A DNA stretch of 64,000 nucleotides from Octopus sinensis (lineage: Eukaryota). The stretch lies in NCBI RefSeq assembly GCF_006345805.1, contig NC_043006.1:3348001-3412000 (forward strand). Direction: 5' to 3'. Under the pieces are notes generated by a model. The model did not search any database and was not told the DNA's origin. It worked only from the letters and a program-made list of their open reading frames with translations. Positions 63,560-64,000 of this stretch are shown here, one piece after another. The stretch's first letter is position 1. Every line of letters begins with the position of its first letter. Position numbers and translations under genes: made by a program.

Positions 63560-64000
63560 GGCATAGTGCATTCGGGATTGCATTATCTATTTTAAGGGAG
63601 TAGGGTGTATTTCCATGAAAATTTGTCAGCTATTTCCAGTAAACTGAGAACCTAACACGCAGAGCATTCGATGTCAGTTCCCATAGATGCTTCGCTAAAA
63701 TAATCTCAGCGAAGTAGATAATATTGACATCCACATAGACTGAGGGGAAATTCCGAGGAAAATCACTTCTACTAAAGGAAAAGTGGGATTTCTGTTTAGT
63801 TCTTGTATTGGAATGGGAATCACATAGGAGATGGTGAGAGTGAATGCAATGTACCGACTGGATTTAAGATAGGCTAACTTAACTCAGACAGGTTTGGTCA
63901 AGCCGTATCTAGCTTAATAGAAGCACCTGGAGTAGTCTTTTAAGCCATGCTTTAGGACATCATAGCCCATTCGGCAAGGGAGTTGTGGTTTGCCGAGATA
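63560..64000 (-). pseudogene. Possible decayed LINE C-terminal fragment
   Basis: Minus translation fragments CPKAW.. and HSNTRTKQKSHF..FPRNFP resemble CR1/L2-group tails; many stops. Confidence 0.3.

Overview
AT-rich, repeat-saturated eukaryotic DNA; the SINE families and microsatellite load point to a cephalopod, probably Octopus (inferred from sequence recall, not a database search). No complete host gene is recognisable, and most supplied ORFs are microsatellite artefacts. Mobile elements: (1) a young, 5'-truncated R4/Dong-type RLE non-LTR retrotransposon (57227-60177, minus; 744-aa RT + CCHC + PD-(D/E)xK ORF) inserted in (TAA)n with an apparent ~69-bp target-site duplication, plus two older Dong remnants; (2) a CR1-type LINE (22062-23720) and several LINE remnants; (3) a C-terminal GIY-YIG Penelope-like element (39069-41160) and a second PLE fragment; (4) a full-length decayed DD37D (maT) Tc1/mariner (43687-44919); (5) non-autonomous Helitron-like elements; (6) dozens of tRNA-derived SINEs, including a six-unit SINE multimer. 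Nine minimal type-I hammerhead ribozyme motifs from about six PLE pseudo-LTR families are readable; four carry a CCGANGA core and three sit in inverted repeats. Host-gene signals are limited to a duplicated ~590-bp CpG-rich promoter-like module (YY1/NRF1 motifs, splice donors both ways) and a few candidate exons.
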